NCBI GenBank assembly: GCA_965243625.1
Contig: CBDEVI010000002.1
Location: 2,201,496 to 2,265,495, forward strand
Reading direction: 5' to 3'
From: Chloroflexota bacterium
GTDB taxonomy: Bacteria; Chloroflexota; UBA11872
Length of the DNA: 64,000 nt
The notes beneath the pieces were generated by a model. That model had not been told where the DNA came from. It did not search any database and saw nothing but the letters and a program-made list of their open reading frames with translations. Shown here one piece after another: positions 36,127 to 45,101 of the stretch (the first letter of the stretch is position 1; each line of letters opens with the position of its first letter). The translations under genes and the position numbers were made by a program.

Positions 36127-36450
36127 TGTCATTCCGAACGCAGTGAGGAATCTAAGGACGCTGAGCCTGTTCCGTGGCCCCTTAGATTTCTCGCTGCGCT
36201 CGAAATGACATTAGGGAGCCCCGGAACAGGCGGCACATCTCCGCGGGCATCGACGCTACCTCCGTTCGTCAACCCCTTCGACAAGCTCAGGGCGAACGGA
36301 GTGGGGACAAGGTGCACGGCCCTGGCCCCATCGATTTCTCGCCTCGCTCGAAATGACACCGGTGGGTCAAAACGACTTTGGTGGGTTGGGGTCGGTTGCG
36401 CGTGAACTCAAGGGTCATACCAAACCGTCCGACATGTCATTTCGAACACA
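36127..36450. repeat. Repeat cluster: REPIN-like doublet (36127-36210), CCCTTCGACAAGCTCAGGGCGAACGG hairpin (36261-36300) and single arms (36333-36358, 36436-36448)
   Basis: Direct comparison with the 17314 and 30851 copies. Confidence 0.75.
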
Positions 36451-36513
36451 GAGGCAGCCCGCCACCGGGTACCATCGGCCATCCGCGCCTTTGCCGTTGC
36501 GACCTGGGGGACC

Positions 36514-37179
36514 GTGGCCGCCGACAACGTCCGTCCCCCGCCGCCGCCCGAGTACGCCACGTTGCGTCGTCCCGCCCGCACCCGCGATTCCGGTCCGCGC
36601 GTCGTCGTGCGACCCGGCACGGCCTCCGATTGGGCGGCGTGCTGGGCCATGGACGTGTCCTACGAGACCGACCACGTGTGGCAACTGCAGGCGAGCGCCC
36701 AGTCCGACGTGTCGATGGTCGGCTTCGTGCAGGTGCGACTTCCCCGCACCATCACCCTGCGCGATCCGCTTTGGGGCGGGTCGGCCGATCCGCCGCAGCC
36801 GGAGCGGGGATCCCTGATCGTGGCCGAGGCCGGCGGGGGCGTCGATGGCTTCGCGCTTGTCGTGCCTGACGCGCCGCGTGACGTGGACACCCTCTGGATG
36901 TTGGCGGTTCGCCAGCGCGCCCGCCGGGGCGGTCTGGGTGCGCGTCTGGCGCGGGCGGCGGTCGAGGCGGCTCGTGCAAGTGGCCGCCGCGCCCTGTGCG
37001 CCACTGTGCAAGCCCGCAATTTTCCCGCCATTCGCACGCTCCAGGCAGCGGGATTCGTGCTCACGGGCTACGACGAGCAGTACTACCCCTCGAACGACGT
37101 GGGCCTGCGCTTTGCCCACCGCCTGACGGCCAATGGCGCCGGTCGCCGCGCGGGGAATCGGCCGCCAGGGACCCGATAG
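36514..37179 (+). CDS. GNAT family N-acetyltransferase
   Basis: LAVRQRARRGGLGARL acetyl-CoA motif; NFPAIRTLQAAGF. Confidence 0.8.
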   Translation: MAADNVRPPPPPEYATLRRPARTRDSGPRVVVRPGTASDWAACWAMDVSYETDHVWQLQASAQSDVSMVGFVQVRLPRTITLRDPLWGGSADPPQPERGSLIVAEAGGGVDGFALVVPDAPRDVDTLWMLAVRQRARRGGLGARLARAAVEAARASGRRALCATVQARNFPAIRTLQAAGFVLTGYDEQYYPSNDVGLRFAHRLTANGAGRRAGNRPPGTR

Positions 37180-37259
37180 CACGCCCAGCGCTGTACCTGG
37201 CGGGTATTCTGCCCCTTGCCGCCTCCCGTCTGGGTGGTGCGGGCTAGGGTGAGCCACGA

Positions 37260-38561
37260 ATGTCCAGCGGGATAGGACTCGGCCTGCTCGGCGTTGGCAA
37301 CGTCGGCTCGGCGGTCGCGCGCCACGTTCACGCGCGTGCCGAAATGCTGGAACGGCAGATCGGCCGGCCGATCACCGTGCAGCGCGCGCTCGTGCGCGAT
37401 CCGACCAAGCCGCGCGACGCCTCGATTCCCGCCGATCGCCTGACCACCGACGCGGCAGCCGTGATCGACGATCCCAATGTCGACGTCATTGTTGAAGTCC
37501 TGGGCGGCGTCGAGCCCGCGCAGCAATACCTGCGCCGCGCGCTGGAAGCCGGCAAGCACGTCGTCACCGCCAACAAGGAGGTCATGGCCGCCCATGGGGT
37601 CGATCTCTTGCAGCTTGCGGCAGACCGCGGACTCGATCTCTACTTCGAGGCCAGCGTCGGCGGCGGCATCCCGCTCATCGGGCCATTCCGGCAGGACCTG
37701 GCGGCGAACGAGATCGAGGAAGTGCACGCCATTCTCAACGGCACCACCAACTACATCCTCTCCCAGATGGCCGAGCACGGACAGAGCTACGGCGACGCTC
37801 TGGCCGAGGCCCAGCAGTTGGGCTACGCCGAGCCGGACCCGACCAACGACGTCGAGGGCCACGACACGGCCTTCAAGCTGGCGATTCTGGCCACGCTGGC
37901 GTTCCGCGGCCGCGTCGCTCCGGCGGACGTGTTTCGGGAGGGCATCTCGCAGCTCACCAAGGCCGACTTCACCTACGCCGCGGAGCTTGGGTACAGCATC
38001 AAGCTGCTGGCCATTGCCAAGCGACGCGGCGAGACGATCGAAGCCCGGGTCCATCCGGCGCTGGTGCAGCGCGACTTTCTGTTGGGGCAGGTCGAGGGCG
38101 TCTACAACGCGGTGCGCATTTCAGGCGACCTCGTGGGACGCGCGATGTTCATGGGTCGCGGCGCCGGTCCCGAGCCCACGTCCAGCGCCATCGTCTCCGA
38201 CCTGATCGACCTTGGTCACAACATGCGACGGGCGGCGCACAACCGGATTCCGGTGCTCCTGGACCGGCCGGTGCGCGTGCTGCCGATGGACGAGGTGACG
38301 TCGCGCTACTACCTGCGCGTCTGGGTCAAGGACCGTCCGGGCGTGCTGGCGCGCATCGCGGCCATTTGCGGCGAGCACGCCATCAGCATCGCCTCGGTGT
38401 TGCAGAAAGAAGTCGACCAGGATGCGCGCCGCGCCGAGCTGGTGCTGCTCACGCACGACGCCCGCGAGGCCGACTGGCAACCGGCGATCCAGCGCATCAC
38501 CGCGCTCGACGTGGTGCCAGAGGTCGCCAGCGTGATCCGCATCGAAGACCTGCTCGAATGA
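37260..38561 (+). CDS. hom: Homoserine dehydrogenase (with ACT domain)
   Basis: GVGNVG, VVTANK, EASVGGGIP, ILNGTTNYIL, GYAEPDP, DRPGVLA. Confidence 0.96.
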   Translation: MSSGIGLGLLGVGNVGSAVARHVHARAEMLERQIGRPITVQRALVRDPTKPRDASIPADRLTTDAAAVIDDPNVDVIVEVLGGVEPAQQYLRRALEAGKHVVTANKEVMAAHGVDLLQLAADRGLDLYFEASVGGGIPLIGPFRQDLAANEIEEVHAILNGTTNYILSQMAEHGQSYGDALAEAQQLGYAEPDPTNDVEGHDTAFKLAILATLAFRGRVAPADVFREGISQLTKADFTYAAELGYSIKLLAIAKRRGETIEARVHPALVQRDFLLGQVEGVYNAVRISGDLVGRAMFMGRGAGPEPTSSAIVSDLIDLGHNMRRAAHNRIPVLLDRPVRVLPMDEVTSRYYLRVWVKDRPGVLARIAAICGEHAISIASVLQKEVDQDARRAELVLLTHDAREADWQPAIQRITALDVVPEVASVIRIEDLLE

Positions 38562-39622
38562 CGCTGAGCGTCCCCGCGGGCGTCATCGAACGCTACCTCG
38601 AGTTTCTGCCCTTCGCGGACGGCGCTCCGGACCTCACCATCGGCGAGGGCGGCACCCCGCTCGTGCGCGCGCCGGTCCTGGAAGACCGAACCGGAATTCG
38701 GGAAGTCTGGCTCAAGCTCGAAGGCTGCAACCCCACCGGGTCCTTCAAGGATCGGGGCATGGTGGTGGCGGTGGCGAAGGCGCTGGAGGCCAACGCGCGC
38801 GCGCTCATTTGCGCCTCAACCGGAAACACGGCCGCGTCGGCCGCCGCCTATGGAGCGCGCGCCGGCGTGACGACGGTGTGCGTGGTGCCGCACGACTCCA
38901 CCGCCTCGGGAAAGATGGCGCAGACCCGGATGTTCGGCGCGCGGGTCGTGGCCGTGACCGGCACGTTCGATCATGCGCTGACCATCGTGCGCCGGCTGGC
39001 CGAACGCGACGGCGTGGAGCTCGTCAACTCGGTCAACCCGAATCGACTGGAAGGGCAAAAGACCGCGGCGTTCGAGATCGTCGACGCGCTGGGCGACGCG
39101 CCGGATGAGCTGTACCTGCCGGTGGGCAATGCCGGAAACATCGCCGCCTATTGGCGCGGGTTCGTTGGGTATCGCGAGGCAGGACGGGCGACGCAGACGC
39201 CGGTGTTGCGCGGGTTCCAGGCCGATGGCGCGGCGCCGATGGTGCTCGGGCATCCCATCGACGACCCCGTGACCCAGGCGTCGGCCATCCGCATCGGAAA
39301 TCCGGCCAACTGGGAAGAGGCGGCGGCGGCGCGCGACGCCTCCGACGGATCGATCGAAGCCGTGCCCGAGTCCGCGATCGCCGAGGCCTATCGAATGCTC
39401 GCGCAGGACATGGGCGTGTTCATCGAGCCCGCTTCGGCCGCCGGGGTCGCCGGCTTGCTGCAACGACGGGCGGGCGGCGGCGCCTCACCGGAGCGCGTCG
39501 TGTGCGTGCTCACCGGGTCCGGCCTGAAAGACCCGGACACCGCCCTGCGCGAGTCCGACGACCCGATCGCGGCGCCCCCCGACCTCGATGCCGTGACGCG
39601 CGTCCTGGGGTGGTCCGGCTAA
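38558..39622 (+). CDS. thrC: Threonine synthase
   Basis: KLEGCNPTGSFKDRG, CASTGNT, NSVNP.RLEGQKT, PVGNAGN, LTGSGLKD. Confidence 0.95.
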   Translation: MTLSVPAGVIERYLEFLPFADGAPDLTIGEGGTPLVRAPVLEDRTGIREVWLKLEGCNPTGSFKDRGMVVAVAKALEANARALICASTGNTAASAAAYGARAGVTTVCVVPHDSTASGKMAQTRMFGARVVAVTGTFDHALTIVRRLAERDGVELVNSVNPNRLEGQKTAAFEIVDALGDAPDELYLPVGNAGNIAAYWRGFVGYREAGRATQTPVLRGFQADGAAPMVLGHPIDDPVTQASAIRIGNPANWEEAAAARDASDGSIEAVPESAIAEAYRMLAQDMGVFIEPASAAGVAGLLQRRAGGGASPERVVCVLTGSGLKDPDTALRESDDPIAAPPDLDAVTRVLGWSG

Positions 39623-39746
39623 GTCGAAATCGCCCAGTTCGTGCGCGCCACTCGCGCCGCGGACGGCACTTGCTGGCGCTCGACGCCTCGCTCTACTATC
39701 GAGCCGCTCTGGCTGTGCCGCCGACCTGGCTTGGGAGTTCCAAAGG

Positions 39747-39929
39747 ATGGGGCAGGAAGACACCCGCGAACGATCCGATCGAATCCGCCGCGAAGTCCGC
39801 GATCTGACCAACAAGGGACTCTCGCCGCAGGAAATCCTGTCGCTGTTCTACATGCGGGGCAAATGGCGCAGCCGCCTCTCCGAGGAAACCGAACCGGACA
39901 ACGCACCGAGCGAAATCGGTCGCGACTAG
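39747..39929 (+). CDS. Hypothetical 60-aa protein
   Basis: GGGAG upstream, protein-like composition, stop overlapping the convergent coaE stop (CTAG). Confidence 0.45.
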   Translation: MGQEDTRERSDRIRREVRDLTNKGLSPQEILSLFYMRGKWRSRLSEETEPDNAPSEIGRD

Positions 39930-40546
39930 CCGGCCAGCAGGTCGTTCCAGCGGGCGGTCACCTGCGTCTGTAGCTCCTCCAGCGAGCCGTTGTTGTCGAG
40001 GCGCACGATCGGTCGCCCGGGACGAAGGTGGCGGAACGCCTCGGCCTTCTCCTCGGGAGCGGCCTGCATGGCTAGCCGGGCCCGAACCTCGGCGGCTGAG
40101 AGCCGTCCGCTGGCAGCGACGCGCTCGACCAGCACCGCCGGATCGGCCTCGACGATCCAGAGTCCGTCCAGGCGAGGGCCGGACGGTCCCTCGACCACGT
40201 TGATGGCTTCGATGAATGTGGCGGGTGAGTCGGTAGCCTCGGCCAGCAGCGCGTCGGTCGCCTTGCCGACGGACGGATACAACAGGTCCTGCAGCAGCGT
40301 GAGCTGTGCCCGATCCGCGAACACCGCTCGCGCCACCGCGGCGCGGTCGATGCCGCCATCGGGTCGTTGGGCCGCCGGAAACGCTGCACGCACTTCTCGC
40401 ATCACTGCCGCATCCGAGCTCAGCAGCGTCCGCACCGTCGCGTCGGAGTCGATCACGCGGGCGCCAAGCGCTCGCAGAATCGCTCCCACTGTCGACTTGC
40501 CGGCGCCGATGTTGCCGGTGAGTCCCCAGACCGGATGCGTGGCCAC
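39926..40546 (-). CDS. coaE: Dephospho-CoA kinase
   Basis: GLTGNIGAGKST, VIDSD, IDRAAVA..VF, LDNNGS. Confidence 0.85.
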   Translation of the reverse strand: MATHPVWGLTGNIGAGKSTVGAILRALGARVIDSDATVRTLLSSDAAVMREVRAAFPAAQRPDGGIDRAAVARAVFADRAQLTLLQDLLYPSVGKATDALLAEATDSPATFIEAINVVEGPSGPRLDGLWIVEADPAVLVERVAASGRLSAAEVRARLAMQAAPEEKAEAFRHLRPGRPIVRLDNNGSLEELQTQVTARWNDLLAG

Positions 40547-40549
40547 CGG

Positions 40550-41254
40550 CTAGCCCGGGTCGCGCACGATGGGCCACTTCCGGCGCCGAGCGATCTGGTG
40601 GAGGCGATCGTTCGGCCACACCGCCACCGGGTGGCCGACGAGTTGCAGCAGGTCGAGATCGCGCTCGGTGTCGGCGTAGGCGAGGCTGCGCTCGAGGTCG
40701 ATCGGCCGCTCGGCGTCCCGCCCCATGGCCATGACCCGCCGGACCTTTTCCGCGCCCGTCACCGTGTCGCCGATCACCCGACCCGTGACCCGGCCCGCGG
40801 CAACTTCCACCCGGGTTCCAATGACCACGTCGAAGCCCAGCGCCTCGCGGACCGGCTCCAGGAACGGCTCGTAGGTGGCGGACACAAGCGCGGTGCAATA
40901 GCCGTCGGCCTTGTGCCGCCGCACCATTTCGGCCACCCGCTCGCGCATGGACGGGCGGAAGATGGTCTCCCACGCATGCTGGACGAGGGCGGCGAGCTCC
41001 CGCTCGTCGATGCCTCGCACCGTCGCCCACGCGGCCGGCATCCAGCGCCGCACCATGAAATCGGCGCTCACCAGGCCGACCTTGCTCGCGAGGATGACGG
41101 GCAGCTGGCGCACGATCATCCGCGTCTTGCGACGTCTCCACGCGCCGCGTCCGCCCATCCACGATTCGATGGCCTGCCACACCTCGCCTGTGACGAGCGT
41201 GCCGTTGAAGTCGAAGATCGCGGCGGCCTGCGGGGCCTGGACCTGGTCTCGCAT
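40550..41254 (-). CDS. HAD-IB family phosphatase (SerB-like)
   Basis: FDFNGTL, LVSAT, GAEK, AYADTERDL..L..VGHPVAV. Confidence 0.8.
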   Translation of the reverse strand: MRDQVQAPQAAAIFDFNGTLVTGEVWQAIESWMGGRGAWRRRKTRMIVRQLPVILASKVGLVSADFMVRRWMPAAWATVRGIDERELAALVQHAWETIFRPSMRERVAEMVRRHKADGYCTALVSATYEPFLEPVREALGFDVVIGTRVEVAAGRVTGRVIGDTVTGAEKVRRVMAMGRDAERPIDLERSLAYADTERDLDLLQLVGHPVAVWPNDRLHQIARRRKWPIVRDPG

Positions 41255-41357
41255 GGATTCGGCGCTCAGTCCTGAGGTGTCGTCGCGGCAATGTCCCACA
41301 CGAGCCTGCGGCGGGCATGTGCTCAACATCACCGTGAGCCGCGTCTATAGTTGACCC

Positions 41358-41565
41358 GAGACATCGGCGATTCGCGGAGCAACCGTTGCGCTCCTTGGTG
41401 GGACGGGCTGCCAGGTTCAGCGACCGCTGGATTTCCGCGTTCGGAGACTTTTGCAAAATCCAGCCGGGCTTGGGGATGACCAGGCACATCCTTGCCGCCC
41501 CCAGGTTCAATGAGGGGTGGATTCCCGCCGTCGCGGGAATGACGGAGGGCTTCGTCAAAGGCTTT
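41358..41565 (+). mobile_element. Nested MITE: outer left part from 41358, inner copy 41444-~41565
   Basis: Outer GAGACATCGGC...CCAGGTTCAG..TGGATTTCCG|CGTTCG| followed by inner GAGACTTTTGCAAAATCCAGCCGGGCTTGGGG (close match to copy 2); right end degenerate. Confidence 0.68.
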
Positions 41566-41591
41566 CGCAGGGGGAAATCTCGTCGGTGACC

Positions 41592-42722
41592 ATGACACGA
41601 GTTCATACGCCGCCCGCGATTGACCAGGAGACCCTGGCGCGCGCCATGCACCGGGCCGTCGACCTTGCGCGCGCCGTGCGCGGGCGCACCAGCCCCCTGC
41701 CGCCGGTGGGCGCGGTGGTCCTGCAAGGCGACCGCGTGGTCGGCGAGGGGGCAACCGCTCCGCCCGGCGGACCGCACGCCGAGGTGAACGCGCTCGCCGC
41801 GGCGGGCGAGAGGGCCCGGGGCGGCACGCTGGTCGTGACGCTGGAGCCCTGCAATCACATGGGGCGCACGCCTCCATGCACGCAAGCCATCCAGCGCGCG
41901 GGGATCGCCCGCGTGGTGGTCGGCGCGCGAGACCCGAATCCCCACGTAGCGGGAGGCGGCCTCGAGGCGCTGGCCGCCGACGGCGTCGCCACGGAGGTTG
42001 GGCTGCTCCACCGCGAGACCGACGCGCTCATCGTGCCATTCGCGACCCTGGCTACGCGCGGCCGTCCGTTCGTCACGGCAAAATGGGCAATGACGCTTGA
42101 CGGCAAGATCGCCGGCCCGCGCGGCGGCGAGTCGATTACCGGCGCCGAGGCCAGGGCCGAGGCCCACCGCTTGCGAGACTGCGTGGACGCGGTCGTCGTC
42201 GGCTCGGCCACCGCGCGCATCGACGATCCGCGGCTCACGGTGCGACCCGAGCCGGCGGACGGACGGCAACCGCTGCGCGTGGTCCTCGACTCGGCGGCTT
42301 CGCTCGCGTCCGATGCGCGCATGCTCGGCGAGGCCGGGTCGACCCTGGTGATGACCTCGCGCGAGTCCGCCGCGGACCGCGCGCGACTCGAATGCGCCGG
42401 CGCGGAGGTCGTGCGCGTCGCCGGCGGACCGGAGGGCCGGGTCGAGCTGGCGGATGCGCTGGCGACGCTGGGCGCGCGCGGCCTGGCCCACGTGCTGGTG
42501 GAAGGCGGATCGCGCCTGCTGGGCGCGCTCGTGGCTGCCGACCTCATCGATGAAGTCGTGGTGTTCATCGCGCCGCGCCTGATGGGTCCCGGCGTGCCCG
42601 CGCTGGATCCCTCGCCCGAGGCCGCCGGCTTCCTGCCGTGGACGCTCGACGAGCCGGAGGTCTGTCAGCTTGGGCCAGACATCATGGTGCGGGGCCGTCG
42701 GCCCGCAGCCGAGGACGGGTGA
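41592..42722 (+). CDS. ribD: Riboflavin biosynthesis deaminase/reductase RibD
   Basis: PHAE, TLEPCNHMGRTPPC, KWAMTLDGKIA, DDPRLTVR, LVEGG. Confidence 0.95.
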   Translation: MTRVHTPPAIDQETLARAMHRAVDLARAVRGRTSPLPPVGAVVLQGDRVVGEGATAPPGGPHAEVNALAAAGERARGGTLVVTLEPCNHMGRTPPCTQAIQRAGIARVVVGARDPNPHVAGGGLEALAADGVATEVGLLHRETDALIVPFATLATRGRPFVTAKWAMTLDGKIAGPRGGESITGAEARAEAHRLRDCVDAVVVGSATARIDDPRLTVRPEPADGRQPLRVVLDSAASLASDARMLGEAGSTLVMTSRESAADRARLECAGAEVVRVAGGPEGRVELADALATLGARGLAHVLVEGGSRLLGALVAADLIDEVVVFIAPRLMGPGVPALDPSPEAAGFLPWTLDEPEVCQLGPDIMVRGRRPAAEDG

Positions 42723-42725
42723 CCC

Positions 42726-43385
42726 ATGTTCACGGGCATCGTCGAAGCGATGGGCGAAGTGGTCGAGACCACGAAGCGCCGGGGGCTGCAGCGCCTCGTC
42801 GTCGCCGCGCCGGTGCTCGCCGACGGCGTGGCCATTGGCGACAGCGTGGCGCTCAACGGTGTGTGTCTCACGGCAGTGCAGATCGAGCATGAACGCATGA
42901 CGGTCGAGGTCGTGCCGGAAACGCTTCGCCGCACGAACCTGGGCGCTCTTGCCGTTAGCGATGCGGTGAACGTCGAGCGCTCGCTGCCCGCCGACGGCCG
43001 CTTCGGCGGGCACATCGTGCAAGGACACGTGGACGCGACCTGCACCATCGTCAGCCGCGAGCCGGACGGCGCCGGCGAGATGGTGACCTTCACGCTGCCG
43101 CCCGAGCACGCGGCCCAGGTCGTCCCCAAGGGCTTCGTCGCCCTCGACGGCGTGAGCCTGACCGTGGTCGACGCGTCGGCCGAGGCATTTCGCGTGGCGC
43201 TGATTCCGCACACCCGCGGACTGGTGACGCTGGGAGCGGCCGAGGTCGGATATCGCGCTAACCTCGAGGTGGACGTGCTGGCAAAGTACGTGGAGCGCGC
43301 CATGTCTGTGATGCCGCGGGAGGCCGCGCTGAGCCGCGCGCAGCTCCAGGCGTCGGGACTGCTGGACGTGGAGACGGAGGAATGA
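42726..43385 (+). CDS. ribE: Riboflavin synthase
   Basis: MFTGIVE, GDSVALNGVCLT, GGHIVQGHVD, KGFVALDGVSLTV. Confidence 0.96.
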   Translation: MFTGIVEAMGEVVETTKRRGLQRLVVAAPVLADGVAIGDSVALNGVCLTAVQIEHERMTVEVVPETLRRTNLGALAVSDAVNVERSLPADGRFGGHIVQGHVDATCTIVSREPDGAGEMVTFTLPPEHAAQVVPKGFVALDGVSLTVVDASAEAFRVALIPHTRGLVTLGAAEVGYRANLEVDVLAKYVERAMSVMPREAALSRAQLQASGLLDVETEE

Positions 43386-44581
43386 GCGGGACCGAGATCG
43401 AGACCGCAATCGGCCACATCGCCGCCGGTGGGATCGTCGCCGTAGTGGACGACGGCCGCGATCCGCCGGACGTGGACCTCGTGGCCGCCGGCTCGACCCT
43501 CACCGAGGCGAGTCTGGCCGAGATTCGCGCCCTGACCACCGGCCAACTGCACACGCCCGTGGCGCCGGAGCGGCTCGACGCGCTGGGCATCCCGCTCATG
43601 ATCGAGGCGGAGGCCAACCCCGTCGCTCGCTCGGCGGCATTCACCGTGACCGTGGATCTTGCCGACCAGGCGCCGCAGCCGGGATCGCTGCCGGGCGTGG
43701 TGGGCACCATCCGCGCCCTGGCCGATCCGACGCGCGACGCGGCGGCGTTTCGCAAGCCGGGCCACGTGGCGCCGCTTCGCGGGCGCAGCGGCGGCGTGCT
43801 GCGGCGGTTCGGTCACACGGAGGCCGCCATCGATCTGGCGCGCCTGGCCGAATTGCCGCCCGTGGCGGTGCTCACCGCGCTGCACACGTCCGAGGGTCGC
43901 GCCGCTCGTCCGGAGGACGCCCTCAGGCTCCTCGAAGGCCGCGACATCCCCTCGATCGCGATTAGCGAGATCGTGCGCTATCGCCGGCTCAACGAACGCG
44001 TGGTGATCCGCGGCGCGGAAGCGGCGCTGCCGACGGCCGGCGGCACCTTTCGCGCGATCGCCTTTCGCGACACCACGACGAACGAGGACCACGTGGCCTT
44101 GATCAAGGGCGCCGTCGCCGGGGGAAGCCCGCCGCTGGTGCGGGTGCATTCCGAGTGCCTCACCGGCGACGCGTTCGGCTCGCTGCGGTGCGACTGCGGC
44201 GACCAGCTAGCCGCCGCCACGCGGCGCATCGAGGCGGAGGGCCGCGGCGTCGTGCTCTACATGCGCCAGGAGGGGCGGGGGATCGGGCTCGCCAACAAGC
44301 TGCATGCCTATCAGCTGCAGGACGACGGCCTGGACACCGTGGAAGCCAACCACCATCTCGGTTTCGCCGTGGACCTGCGCGACTACGGCGTCGGCGCCCA
44401 GATCCTGCGCGACCTTGGCCTGCGCGAGCTGCGTCTCCTCACCAACAATCCCAAGAAAACCGAGGGGTTTCGCGCCTACGGGCTGCACGTGGTCGAACAG
44501 ATTCCACTCACCGTCGAGCCGGGGGAGCATAATCAGCGGTACCTGGAAACCAAACGACAGCGAATGGGCCATGGCGTCTGA
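43382..44581 (+). CDS. ribBA: RibBA-type fusion: degenerate DHBP synthase domain + intact GTP cyclohydrolase II
   Basis: RVHSECLTGD...RCDCG, QEGRGIGL, LLTNNP intact; N-domain keeps PGH/GHTEA but lacks RENEGD. Confidence 0.9.
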   Translation: MSGTEIETAIGHIAAGGIVAVVDDGRDPPDVDLVAAGSTLTEASLAEIRALTTGQLHTPVAPERLDALGIPLMIEAEANPVARSAAFTVTVDLADQAPQPGSLPGVVGTIRALADPTRDAAAFRKPGHVAPLRGRSGGVLRRFGHTEAAIDLARLAELPPVAVLTALHTSEGRAARPEDALRLLEGRDIPSIAISEIVRYRRLNERVVIRGAEAALPTAGGTFRAIAFRDTTTNEDHVALIKGAVAGGSPPLVRVHSECLTGDAFGSLRCDCGDQLAAATRRIEAEGRGVVLYMRQEGRGIGLANKLHAYQLQDDGLDTVEANHHLGFAVDLRDYGVGAQILRDLGLRELRLLTNNPKKTEGFRAYGLHVVEQIPLTVEPGEHNQRYLETKRQRMGHGV

Positions 44582-45101
44582 TCAAGACCCGGCGCTGACC
44601 GACGGCGAAGTCATCGAGCCGCGACTCGACGGCGCGGGGCTTTCGGTGGGCATCGTCGCCGCTCGATTCAACGAGTTCTTCACCACGCACCTGCTCCGCG
44701 CCTGCCAACGTGAGCTGCGGCGGCACGGCGTGGCCGATGAGGACGTGATCGTCGCCTGGGTGCCCGGGGCCATGGAGCTGCCGATCACGGCGCGCGAGCT
44801 CATCGCCTCCCGCGACGTCGACGCCGTGGTGTGCCTGGGGTGCATCATTCGCGGCGAGACCACCCACTACGACCACGTGGCCCAGGAATCGGCCCGGGGC
44901 ATCGCCCGCGCCGCGCTGGATACCGGAACGCCCGTGATCTACGGCGTCGTGACCGCCGAAACGCTGGCGCAGGCCGTGGATCGCAGCGGATCGCGCGCCG
45001 GGAATCGCGGCGGCGACGCGGCGCTGGCGGCGATTGAAATGGCGCGCGTGCTGGCCGAAGTTCGCCAGGGTCGTCCGGTAGTTCCCGCCGCCGAGCTATG
45101 A
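44571..45101 (+). CDS. ribH: 6,7-dimethyl-8-ribityllumazine synthase
   Basis: ARFN, VPGAMELP, LGCIIRGETTHYD. Confidence 0.95.
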   Translation: MASDQDPALTDGEVIEPRLDGAGLSVGIVAARFNEFFTTHLLRACQRELRRHGVADEDVIVAWVPGAMELPITARELIASRDVDAVVCLGCIIRGETTHYDHVAQESARGIARAALDTGTPVIYGVVTAETLAQAVDRSGSRAGNRGGDAALAAIEMARVLAEVRQGRPVVPAAEL

